A DNA stretch of 64,000 bases from a virus: positions 1 to 64,000 of IMG/VR virus record IMGVR_UViG_3300044713_000194; one strand, written 5' to 3'. Every line of letters starts with the position of its first letter. The stretch's first letter is position 1. A model generated the notes under the pieces. That model had not been told where the DNA came from. It made no database searches and saw only the letters and a list, made by a program, of their open reading frames with translations. Below, in pieces: positions 47,682 to 56,018 of the stretch. The translations under genes and the position numbers were made by a program.

Positions 47682-47695
47682 TCAAGGGGTAATAC
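47682..47695 (-). promoter_or_regulatory. GTATTACCYCTTRA motif
   Basis: GTATTACCCCTTGA. Confidence 0.5.
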
Positions 47696-47724
47696 CGCTT
47701 GGAGGGGGGTGGTTCCTTTATTTG

Positions 47725-49281
47725 TCAGCGATAATCCGGAAGAAATCCGATGGCTCCCACGGAGAAAAGACGAGGACCTACCTTCAGCTTGCCCGGGTAG
47801 TCGGTAGTAAAGAGAATTGAATCGATGTTGAAATTGGTGACGCGGGTGACGAGCGGCTTATAGACGCGCCAGTCAGCGAGCGCCGTGAACTGTAATGAGG
47901 CGACCCAGCCGGGTGCGGTTGCGCTTCGGTCACGTTGGTTTACAAGTGCGGAGCGCGAGCCCTCAAGAATGGTCAGCCCATCGGCTTCGATCCTGGCTCG
48001 GCGGTTGATAAGAAGCTCTTGCTTTAGAAGCTCGACAATATCGGAGGCCGTGGCGGGATCGTTTGCCTTCACATCGACTGTAAAGCCAATGTTGTCTTTC
48101 GATCCGTATACATGGTAAGTTTCGCTAACATTTGGAGATACAAGGAGAGCGCACTGGTCTCCCTCGGTCACCTTGTCGCCGATTGCAATACGCATCCCAA
48201 GCACTAAGTTGATGTTCGAGGACATCTTCTTACCCACAACGGTGCTCTGGCCGATCAGGGTGCGCACATCATACCGACACCAGCCTCCGGGGGCAAGTGG
48301 CGTGTTCAGGGTTACCGTTCCGGTCTCCAGGTTTACCGTGACCGGTACGTTGGCGGCGGCGTTCGTCTCCACCCACACCTGATCCTCAACCAATGTCTCG
48401 CCCGAAGCGAGCGTGAAACTCAGCGTGTTCTCCGAATTCATGCAGTTGCCGGGAACAGAGGGATCAACCCGTACGACGCCCGTCGCCGTAATAGTGTTCC
48501 CCGCCGGAGTCCATCCGCTAAGTTGGACGGTAGTCGCGGAAGTGAAAATGTAGTCGATTCCATTGCGTAGAGTGAAACCGTCCTGATCCAGGAGCGCGAC
48601 TGAAGAATAATCGGAAGGAACGGTGGCCGTCTGGGTCCCAAATACGGTGGCCGGAATAATGACCGTGCTCTGAGTCTGCTCAACCCAAAAGTCCGTCAGC
48701 GGTGTAAGCGGATTGCCGCCGGAATCCTTTACTCCAAGAGCGACTACCGAACTCAGAAGGTAAATGAAATTTGAACCGCCTTGGAAGGCAATCGCGTTAC
48801 TGGGGTTCTCAATGTCGTAAGGCTGAACCGTTAAGGCGTCAATGCCTCGGGCGAAGTTGACCTTGGAGCCTCGGGCATTCTTGACCAACCCTTCGTACCA
48901 GTGGTAGGTCTGGACGGTAAACTTTACGTCGCGGGTCTTCTCATCCACAGCATCCACGTTGAACATGTAGATCCCGGCGACCGGCGTCTGAAGGGTGGGG
49001 TCGATCTCATCGGCCCATTCAAAAAAGTCCCCGTCCTTGTCCTCGATTTTGGCGACCAAGGAGCGACCCATCTGGGTGTACATGAAGTAGTCGGGGGAGA
49101 GGCGGGCACCGGAGCCGGTGATGTCCTTAATGATGCATTGCACGTCGCCGAAGGAGATCATGTTGTTCGAGGTGAGGGACACCTCGCCCAGACTGGCGCG
49201 AAACCGGGGATTCCGCGTCACGATGTCTCGGATGACGCGGAGCATATACCCGGCCAAATGATTTCCGGTTAAATCGAACAC
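47725..49281 (-). CDS. Putative tail completion/neck protein
   Basis: 518 aa, beta-rich, upstream of sheath; C-terminal IGFTVDVKAND...DIVELL...LQF...ADW. Confidence 0.55.
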   Translation of the reverse strand: MFDLTGNHLAGYMLRVIRDIVTRNPRFRASLGEVSLTSNNMISFGDVQCIIKDITGSGARLSPDYFMYTQMGRSLVAKIEDKDGDFFEWADEIDPTLQTPVAGIYMFNVDAVDEKTRDVKFTVQTYHWYEGLVKNARGSKVNFARGIDALTVQPYDIENPSNAIAFQGGSNFIYLLSSVVALGVKDSGGNPLTPLTDFWVEQTQSTVIIPATVFGTQTATVPSDYSSVALLDQDGFTLRNGIDYIFTSATTVQLSGWTPAGNTITATGVVRVDPSVPGNCMNSENTLSFTLASGETLVEDQVWVETNAAANVPVTVNLETGTVTLNTPLAPGGWCRYDVRTLIGQSTVVGKKMSSNINLVLGMRIAIGDKVTEGDQCALLVSPNVSETYHVYGSKDNIGFTVDVKANDPATASDIVELLKQELLINRRARIEADGLTILEGSRSALVNQRDRSATAPGWVASLQFTALADWRVYKPLVTRVTNFNIDSILFTTDYPGKLKVGPRLFSVGAIGFLPDYR

Positions 49282-50108
49282 GTTGGAGTCCCCTCAATGG
49301 GAGAGCCCGTAATCCTCTTGGAGGATTTCGCAACTCTTCGGTGGTTCTCTTTCCAGCAAGTGCGATTGCAGAATTTACCGCCGCGACTGACTGAACGTTC
49401 AAAGACTGCTGAGCAGCCCGCGCATGTCACCGTGACTCGATTCCGTCGTAAGGCACTAGCGGCGCGAATCCGGGCTACGCTCTCCGGGGAACGCTTCTTA
49501 CCGCGTAAGGAAGCCGATCTCTTATCTCTTGTTTGTTGTGTTACGGGTCGTGCTCTCAAAGTCGCTGAGATTTTGGCACGGGATTCTTTCGTAAAACCGG
49601 CTAGACGCCGCGCCACCATCTCCGGTGTTTGGGACCTTCCTTTGAGGGCATCGCTACGTTTTCTCTTAGATGCGACGGTCTGCTTTATACCTACACGTGA
49701 CTCGACAAACTTTTGGCGAGTTTCGGGGCTGTGCTTCTTACCGAAGAATGGGTTACCACTACCCGTCATCTTTATTCGAAGCTCGGCCCTACGTTCTTCG
49801 GAGCACGGACGTGCGCCGCCATCGCCGCCATGGGCAATGTTATAACCCACGGTTACTTCTGTTGAACGGTACTTTGCTATGTATTCAATTTCTAAGGCGT
49901 TAAGGGTCTCTAGTGACTCAATACCGGAAACTAGAGTCGTTACCTCGAAGCAATCTTCCCCGTATTTACGAATGGCGGTTGATAGCCTTGCTCGTCCGTT
50001 ATTACGCGCGGTGTAGCAATGTTCCTTCCATCGTCTTTCGACCGTCTTAACGGTCTTACCGATGTAGATCTTTCCGTTGACCCGATTTCGAACCAAGTAG
50101 ATAAGCAT
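49269..50108 (-). mobile_element. Free-standing GIY-YIG homing endonuclease with NUMOD3 repeats and Zn finger
   Basis: LIYLVRNRVNGKIYIGKT...RW.EH...GYNIAHGG...GNPFFGKKHSPETR; C-terminal CAGC...FCNRTC. Confidence 0.92.
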
Positions 50109-50151
50109 GCCTATCCTGCACTCTGGCTTCCGAGCACAAAATCGGCGAACA

Positions 50152-50628
50152 TCAATCCTGAACCCTCACGTCTAGGACACCGTAATCAACGCCCTTCGGT
50201 ATTGGGGGCACGGTTTGCTGGATAGGGTGCACCCACTGAGCGATTGAGCGCCTTACATCCTGTACGCTCACTACCCCACGCTGTCTTGGGTACCACACGT
50301 TCCGTATACCTACTGCGCCTTCGAAATCGTAGTCCTCAATTTCCCACCACGACCCGTCATGTGCGGCAAACCTTGATCCTGGAACCATATAGGTGAAAAA
50401 TAAGTCATCGCCTTGAAGCGGCGAAAGGGGATTGGCCAACAACTCATTTCCAATCTCGGGGCTCGTTTGACTGAAGATGCCCTTCTGCTCGCCGGAGTCC
50501 CCGACAATCGCCTGTAGCTTGATGTCCAGAACCGGCTGATCCGTGGGGGGCGTCATGGCGTTCGCCTGTTTGGGGGCGATACCGGCGAAGGCAATGAGGG
50601 AGGAAGCTAAAACGTTCGATTTAATCAT
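50152..50628 (-). CDS. Hypothetical (late) protein
   Basis: 158 aa, KQAN motif; late-type motif at 50647-50671. Confidence 0.65.
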   Translation of the reverse strand: MIKSNVLASSLIAFAGIAPKQANAMTPPTDQPVLDIKLQAIVGDSGEQKGIFSQTSPEIGNELLANPLSPLQGDDLFFTYMVPGSRFAAHDGSWWEIEDYDFEGAVGIRNVWYPRQRGVVSVQDVRRSIAQWVHPIQQTVPPIPKGVDYGVLDVRVQD

Positions 50629-50684
50629 GCTGGGCTCCGGAGGCGACTCTCTTTAATGGAATCCGGAAGTCAGAACACAGAAAG

Positions 50685-50714
50685 TTCGCCATTTTGAGCC
50701 GGACAAGGCAGAAT
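50685..50714 (+). promoter_or_regulatory. Early-type promoter TTCGCC-N18-CAGAAT
   Basis: One of five copies with identical spacing, each just upstream of an RBS and start codon. Confidence 0.7.
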
Positions 50715-50729
50715 GTATGAGAGGTGATT

Positions 50730-50948
50730 ATGGAGAACAGACGGGAGCTAGTACGCGCGGTACGCGAGTACGCACGAGCCCACTACGAAAAAAGCGGCTG
50801 GGATGTTGTCGTCGAGAGCTACGACGACGCCGACATCATCTCGGCCATGGGACCGGCTGAGACCCCGGAGCAGGCGATACGGGCGGTAGGTGAGGAAATC
50901 GGCATGCACGACAAATACCGGAGCGACATCGAGGCGACGGCCTTCTAA
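50730..50948 (+). CDS. Small hypothetical protein
   Basis: GAGG RBS; MENRRELVRAVREYARAHYEKSGWDVVVE. Confidence 0.7.
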   Translation: MENRRELVRAVREYARAHYEKSGWDVVVESYDDADIISAMGPAETPEQAIRAVGEEIGMHDKYRSDIEATAF

Positions 50949-50949
50949 A

Positions 50950-51249
50950 ATGTTGGACACCGAACAAATGACTAAAGTTTTTGGTATCCAGCTTCATCGC
51001 ATCAGCGGTGACCGTCTTTTGGCGTGCGAAGCCGTTTATTGCGAACGTGGTGGATTAGCGGTGGATACCGTGTTGCGTAGGGCAGCGATCTCCGGACGTG
51101 TCGAGATCGAAGGACCCTTGGAGCGCCACTTTGCGGACCTGCTCGATCTTCAGGGAGACATCGTCTGCTCGGTCGCCCTAGACGCCGGGTCTTACCGTGC
51201 AATCAAATATAGATGGGCACCAAGCAAGCTGATAGTTGAGCCGCAGTAG
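50950..51249 (+). CDS. Small hypothetical protein
   Basis: ATG immediately after the previous stop. Confidence 0.6.
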   Translation: MLDTEQMTKVFGIQLHRISGDRLLACEAVYCERGGLAVDTVLRRAAISGRVEIEGPLERHFADLLDLQGDIVCSVALDAGSYRAIKYRWAPSKLIVEPQ

Positions 51250-51280
51250 GCCCGAGATCGCCGCAAGGGAGAACCCTAAG

Positions 51281-51310
51281 TTCGCCGATTTTGCTCGGCC
51301 CGGACAGAAT
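51281..51310 (+). promoter_or_regulatory. Early-type promoter TTCGCC-N18-CAGAAT
   Basis: Exact match. Confidence 0.7.
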
Positions 51311-51329
51311 GTACGTAGGAGAGTGAGCC

Positions 51330-51749
51330 ATGGTAAACGCACTTGATTACTTTAGTGAACAAGCCTACAACGAAGCTGTCGATGCCGAGCGCGAAGAGAC
51401 GATGGGTGACGGTTACCGCAACGAATCCCAGCGGTTGTTCGCTCACTCTAGCAACACGATTCCATACAGGGATGAGAGCGCCAAGATCGACGCGCTGGCC
51501 GCCGCTGGCAAGTTCGTGGTCTATCGCATCGTCGAGGTTTGCTGCCCGCATACCGACGCGTTGATTCGCGTCGAGGAGCGCATCTCTTCAATTCACGACA
51601 CCTATGTGGCGGCATCCGATGCCGCGCACGGACCCGATGGAGACTTTGACGATATGACCGGCATCCGGATGCCGCAGGCGGAAGTTACGCCGGAACCCCG
51701 GTCGGTCGTAGACGTGGCCGAAGGTGAAACCTGGGACATTCCCTTCTAA
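51330..51749 (+). CDS. Hypothetical acidic protein ending in DIPF
   Basis: AGGAG RBS; C-terminal WDIPF resembles the SSB C-terminal tip. Confidence 0.7.
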   Translation: MVNALDYFSEQAYNEAVDAEREETMGDGYRNESQRLFAHSSNTIPYRDESAKIDALAAAGKFVVYRIVEVCCPHTDALIRVEERISSIHDTYVAASDAAHGPDGDFDDMTGIRMPQAEVTPEPRSVVDVAEGETWDIPF

Positions 51750-51757
51750 GGAGCAGT

Positions 51758-51979
51758 ATGGCAACAGCAGCCGCAGTGCCTGTGCCTGATTTCCTGGTGT
51801 TGGATCATGGATCAGTCGTGATCCTGATGTCAATGAACGACGATGCCCAGACTTGGTTCGACGAGCACGTCTCGTGCAAGTGCTGGCGGACATGGGGGCC
51901 GCGCGGCGTCGCCGTTGATCCACGCTACGTGGACGGTCTGGTCGAGGGTATGATCGAAGAAGGGTTTACGGTCCAGTAA
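51758..51979 (+). CDS. Small hypothetical protein
   Basis: AAGGAG RBS; DHGS...W.DEHV...W....AVDPRY. Confidence 0.7.
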   Translation: MATAAAVPVPDFLVLDHGSVVILMSMNDDAQTWFDEHVSCKCWRTWGPRGVAVDPRYVDGLVEGMIEEGFTVQ

Positions 51980-51981
51980 CT

Positions 51982-52266
51982 ATGAAGACTTTCGAAACCG
52001 GCGAGACGAAGCGGGATCTCACCAGCACTGTGGCCGTAGTAGGACCCGCCGACAAATACACCACCGAGGAGCTAACCAAGATTGTCGCGTGCGCCGAGAA
52101 GCTAGACGCCCAGTACGATCGCCTCTTCCCTTTCCGGCGCGGCTGTAACATGACTGTCTTCGACAAAGACGCTCCCGACTGGTGGCTGCGTAAGCGGTTT
52201 AGCTGGTACATGGGACCGATGTATTCCGAGTCCCTGGATGAAGCGATTGCGTTTATGCTGCGCTAG
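51982..52266 (+). CDS. Small hypothetical protein
   Basis: Coupled to upstream gene. Confidence 0.65.
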   Translation: MKTFETGETKRDLTSTVAVVGPADKYTTEELTKIVACAEKLDAQYDRLFPFRRGCNMTVFDKDAPDWWLRKRFSWYMGPMYSESLDEAIAFMLR

Positions 52267-52318
52267 TCTAAAGATGGACCCAAATCCCATTTTCAGCAAT
52301 CATAAGTAAAGGACCCAG

Positions 52319-52828
52319 ATGCGTTCGAAACTTCTCAATCCGCCCGACGCCGCCCGGCCCATGCTGGATCACTTTGCCGCACTCAACCGGCGCACCCAGG
52401 CTGCCCGTAAGGAGGCTGCCGAGCCCGAGGTGGGCATCTTCTTTGTTTACAATGGTCGCGTCCTTGTAGACGGAACCCCTGTGAGCCAGGCGGAGTCCTA
52501 CGGCAACTTCAAAGGCCACAATGTCGGCCACGACCGGTATTGGGACAATCTCAAGAAGGTTGATCTTGTTCCTCGTGATGTCGAATACGACGAGGTCCCA
52601 AGAGGGCGTGTCGGATACGACACTAAGGAGCGAAAGTTTTTCATTTTTGCCGACCCTTGCATCTTGAAAGATCAGCGGGCCATTGACCAGGTGGAGCGTC
52701 TTCTACATCTCCCCTCGGTCAACATGGCACCTCCAAAGCGGGATTCCCACTATAGGTGTCCCGGATGTATGAAGACGCAAAAATCGACGAAGCGGCTTCA
52801 ACAGGAAGAGGAAGATTGGGATTTCTGA
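52319..52828 (+). CDS. Hypothetical protein (PRGRV...D.HY.CPGC motif)
   Basis: AAGGA RBS; KEAA motif precedes the globular domain. Confidence 0.7.
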   Translation: MRSKLLNPPDAARPMLDHFAALNRRTQAARKEAAEPEVGIFFVYNGRVLVDGTPVSQAESYGNFKGHNVGHDRYWDNLKKVDLVPRDVEYDEVPRGRVGYDTKERKFFIFADPCILKDQRAIDQVERLLHLPSVNMAPPKRDSHYRCPGCMKTQKSTKRLQQEEEDWDF

Positions 52829-52830
52829 TT

Positions 52831-53076
52831 ATGGCCGAAACAACACAAGAGACGAACTGGTGGGGCGAGATCTCGCACCCGAGCGACCAACTGGTGCACT
52901 GGTCCCGCACCAAGAACACCGATGAGGCCCGGCGGGAGATCGCTGAGTTGCGAACCGCATGGGACCTCATCCACGCCGACCCCAAGATCGCCGCCGCAGC
53001 CAAGGTACTAATCCACTGGACGATCGAACTCGAAGGGTCGAACGCATCGGAGGCGGCGGCGGGCGCGGACCTGTAG
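52831..53076 (+). CDS. Small hypothetical protein
   Basis: ATG 2 nt after the previous stop. Confidence 0.55.
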   Translation: MAETTQETNWWGEISHPSDQLVHWSRTKNTDEARREIAELRTAWDLIHADPKIAAAAKVLIHWTIELEGSNASEAAAGADL

Positions 53077-53084
53077 AGGGGATC

Positions 53085-53114
53085 TTCGCCGATTCTCGTT
53101 CGACGCGCCAGAAT
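53085..53114 (+). promoter_or_regulatory. Early-type promoter TTCGCC-N18-CAGAAT
   Basis: Exact match. Confidence 0.7.
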
Positions 53115-53131
53115 ATGGGGTGGGAGGAACC

Positions 53132-53416
53132 GTGACAAAGAAGCAAGCGCTCCTCAAAGCAAAAGAGCTTCTAGGCGATGACGCCTTCGCAATCCTCACT
53201 ACCGTAGATGCCGAGCGGGATCGTGCAATGCAGAACCGCTTTGGCAGGTCGGCTCGATCATTCACGGTTGGCGTCAATAGGGGCGGCGTTCTGATACCCT
53301 ACGGCGCGGCGGATGGCTGGCAGGCGGCGCTCCGAAGTGCCGCAGTTTACCAGCCCGGCAACGAGAACAGATTTGCCGATCTCCGCAAGGCATACATCGC
53401 ACTCAATCGCACCTAA
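53132..53416 (+). CDS. Small hypothetical protein
   Basis: GGAGGA RBS, GTG start. Confidence 0.65.
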   Translation: MTKKQALLKAKELLGDDAFAILTTVDAERDRAMQNRFGRSARSFTVGVNRGGVLIPYGAADGWQAALRSAAVYQPGNENRFADLRKAYIALNRT

Positions 53417-53417
53417 T

Positions 53418-53447
53418 CTAGCCGATTCCATTTTGCCAGGCCAGAGC
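53418..53447 (+). promoter_or_regulatory. Early-type promoter (CTAGCC-N18-CAGAGC)
   Basis: Degenerate copy, same spacing. Confidence 0.5.
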
Positions 53448-53467
53448 ATTGTATAGGAGACTGAACC

Positions 53468-54067
53468 ATGCCGACCGTCACGCACGTTTTATGGCCCAAG
53501 ATGGGCCTCGATTACGGAAAGATGTTCAAAATTACCTCTATGTCTGAGCTTCATTCTTATTGGGATGAGGGCCGAGCAGTGAGGTTGCGCGACGGCATGA
53601 ACAACTACCTCAATAGCGCGGAGTTTGCGCGCCAAACTGGGGTGAATTCACTATGTCAGCACCACCTGTCACACCCCGACGCCGCGTACCTGGACATCGC
53701 CTGTACGGGCGAATCCATGAAGGACTCACCACGCAGCGTCGTTGAAGTCACCGTCGATGCTTTTAACGGAATCCTATTCGGGATGGTAGACGTCCTGGTC
53801 AAGTTCGGTGCCATCTACGTCAATGAGCAAGGCGGTTACTTTACACTCAGCGACGGCATGGAGGAGAAAAGTTCTCAGACCGTTGCAAGCTGGGTCATTC
53901 CGGGTGCCGACATTCGTGTTAAGCATTGGCCGCGCGGTACCCACTGGTACGCCTACGTCGGTTCCGTATCCGTTACCAGGGATGGAAAGAACAGTTGGGA
54001 TACCAAAGACGAGGCTTACGAGAATGCCCGCCTCTGGGCGAAAGAGCATCGAGTCAAACTGGAATAG
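53468..54067 (+). CDS. Hypothetical protein
   Basis: AGGAG RBS; C-terminal WPRGTHWYA...KNSWDT..EA. Confidence 0.72.
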   Translation: MPTVTHVLWPKMGLDYGKMFKITSMSELHSYWDEGRAVRLRDGMNNYLNSAEFARQTGVNSLCQHHLSHPDAAYLDIACTGESMKDSPRSVVEVTVDAFNGILFGMVDVLVKFGAIYVNEQGGYFTLSDGMEEKSSQTVASWVIPGADIRVKHWPRGTHWYAYVGSVSVTRDGKNSWDTKDEAYENARLWAKEHRVKLE

Positions 54068-54173
54068 TAGGCGTGGTTTTGAGGCGGAGGCGGTTGTAAA
54101 AAGGAACGCTATCGTCGCATCCGCCCGAAAGCTATACCACGACGGCTCCTTCCGGGGATAGAGTCCCGGAGAC

Positions 54174-54203
54174 TTAACCGCTTTCACGCCGACGCGCCAG
54201 AAT
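54174..54203 (+). promoter_or_regulatory. Early-type promoter (TTAACC-N18-CAGAAT)
   Basis: Same spacing and downstream box. Confidence 0.62.
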
Positions 54204-54224
54204 GTAGTGTAGGGGGATTGAGCG

Positions 54225-54425
54225 ATGGGCAAGGTAGCCATGAGGGCTCAAACGAGAGCGAGCACCAATCCGCAGAAGGCACCCGCGCCGCTGCCGCCTC
54301 ACCCATTCTGGAAAAGCATGAAAGACGGGAAATGTGCACGCATCAAGCTGGTCACTGGCGAATTGGTTCGCTGTGGACTGCCCGAGAACGACCCAATCCA
54401 TGTAGACGAGGAAGAGGGAGCATGA
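54225..54425 (+). CDS. Small hypothetical protein
   Basis: Follows promoter and GGGGG RBS; ATGA-coupled to next gene. Confidence 0.55.
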   Translation: MGKVAMRAQTRASTNPQKAPAPLPPHPFWKSMKDGKCARIKLVTGELVRCGLPENDPIHVDEEEGA

Positions 54426-54613
54426 GGCGCGGCGTGCGATGGATCGATGGCCGCGAGTTCCTGCTATGTGGGCGCGAATCCAGCCGCGAGGATGCCGAGC
54501 GGGCCAAAAAGACGCTGCGCGATAGCTGGGAACGCGTGCGAATTGTCAAGCTGAACAACTGGGATTTCATGCTCTACGTGCATGGCGGCAGGCCGACGAG
54601 TAGACTCAGCTAA
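54422..54613 (+). CDS. Small hypothetical protein
   Basis: GAGGGAG RBS; MRRGVRWIDG... Confidence 0.55.
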   Translation: MRRGVRWIDGREFLLCGRESSREDAERAKKTLRDSWERVRIVKLNNWDFMLYVHGGRPTSRLS

Positions 54614-54622
54614 GGAGAATCG

Positions 54623-54853
54623 ATGAACGTTTACGAGTTCCAACCCGGCGATCTCGTCAAATTTTGCGGTGATGAGGCGACGGTCCTCTCAAATTACGGC
54701 GACCGAGGCGTCGTTCGTCTGGGCAGTGGCCAGGGCACCTGCCGGTGGCATTGGAGCATTTTCGGCGAGTCCGTTAAGCTTGTCCGGAAAGGCGACGCGA
54801 GTGTCCGCACAGGGGTGCCGCGCGACACCGAAGTTCGTGTCGTGGAGGAGTAA
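54623..54853 (+). CDS. Small SH3-like barrel protein
   Basis: AAGGAG RBS; FQPGDLV motif. Confidence 0.65.
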   Translation: MNVYEFQPGDLVKFCGDEATVLSNYGDRGVVRLGSGQGTCRWHWSIFGESVKLVRKGDASVRTGVPRDTEVRVVEE

Positions 54854-55224
54854 TGAGCGAGAGAAGCGTTTGTTCGCAATGCGGCGTCACATCGGTGGCC
54901 TATACCGAAAAGCGGCTGGGACAGGGGGTCATCGTGCAACGGGACCACATGCCCGTCACTTTTGTGATTCGGCTCCGGCCCGGCACCACGACGACGTATG
55001 TAGTCACGCCTGAGGTTGAACACCTCGACGTTCATATCCGCTCTCTGAACGATGGGAAACTCGACTACGCGATCGACGTCCCGCTCTGGCAGTATCGTGA
55101 GGCGCTCAGGGCGTTTGAGGCCGACGTACGGGTCGAGTCCCTATACACGGAGCATTCGGCTCCGGTCTGCGCGTCCCATCAGCACTTTCATGAGACCACC
55201 CAACCACAGGCCCGCTATGCCTAA
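54853..55224 (+). CDS. Hypothetical protein
   Basis: TAATG coupling, GGAGGAG RBS; CSQCG. Confidence 0.62.
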   Translation: MSERSVCSQCGVTSVAYTEKRLGQGVIVQRDHMPVTFVIRLRPGTTTTYVVTPEVEHLDVHIRSLNDGKLDYAIDVPLWQYREALRAFEADVRVESLYTEHSAPVCASHQHFHETTQPQARYA

Positions 55225-55429
55225 ATCCGCGCATGAAGAGGCGCTCGGACGCATCGTGTGGCTGGCCCGCGAGTGGAGCGCCAACCGGCTGGGCGGAGTG
55301 GCTATCCAGCGGAAACGCTGGGAGACACTGGCGGAGATCGCGGGCGCTGCCTTGGCTCCTTCGGAGCCGACGCCGGAGATCAATGATCGGCCCGCGCCGA
55401 AGGGCCGGACGTGCTTAAGCCATGATTGA
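55217..55429 (+). CDS. Small hypothetical protein
   Basis: Overlap-coupled with both neighbours. Confidence 0.5.
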   Translation: MPKSAHEEALGRIVWLAREWSANRLGGVAIQRKRWETLAEIAGAALAPSEPTPEINDRPAPKGRTCLSHD

Positions 55430-55694
55430 ACCGCCCAAAACAACCCCGGAATACATGCACCCCGCCTGGGCTGCGGCTCTACAGGCCGCGCTTCTGAACG
55501 ACGACATTCGAGGGGCGTTTGAACGTGAGACCGGGATGCGGTGGGCTCCCCCTCGCCATCCTATCGAGACCATGATCGACGAATCCACCGGCTTTACCAG
55601 TGACTTCATCCATAAATTCGCGGACTGGTTCAACCGGAACGTCTGGGGAGATGTGACTGCGCCCGACGAAACTGAACGGCACCAGTCTGAATAA
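55422..55694 (+). CDS. Small hypothetical protein
   Basis: YMHPAW...FERETG...MIDESTG...F.DWFN.NVWG. Confidence 0.65.
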   Translation: MIEPPKTTPEYMHPAWAAALQAALLNDDIRGAFERETGMRWAPPRHPIETMIDESTGFTSDFIHKFADWFNRNVWGDVTAPDETERHQSE

Positions 55695-55787
55695 AAAGCG
55701 GCCCCGATTGCGTAGTTCGGGGGGATTGAGCGGATAGGTCACAGTTCGACGATGACACGGCCCGGGAAGTCCCATAACGGAGGAGAA

Positions 55788-56006
55788 ATGAAGCAGGGAG
55801 ATATGGCGCGGGCAATCACTCAAATTGAGTTCACGACCGAATACAACTCGAAAACAGATTCCGTTGTCGGTCATCTAAAGGCTACGCGGGTCGATGGGAC
55901 CTCAACCACGCACACAATCGACTTTAGTCGGGACCTGATCTCGGTTGTTCCCGGGGCGGAGCGGGTTGTCCAGTCATTGAGTTTCATGCTCCGTGAAGGG
56001 CGGTAA
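55788..56006 (+). CDS. Small hypothetical protein
   Basis: GGAGGAG RBS; converges with neck gene. Confidence 0.55.
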   Translation: MKQGDMARAITQIEFTTEYNSKTDSVVGHLKATRVDGTSTTHTIDFSRDLISVVPGAERVVQSLSFMLREGR

Positions 56007-56018
56007 GCATCTCTTGTC

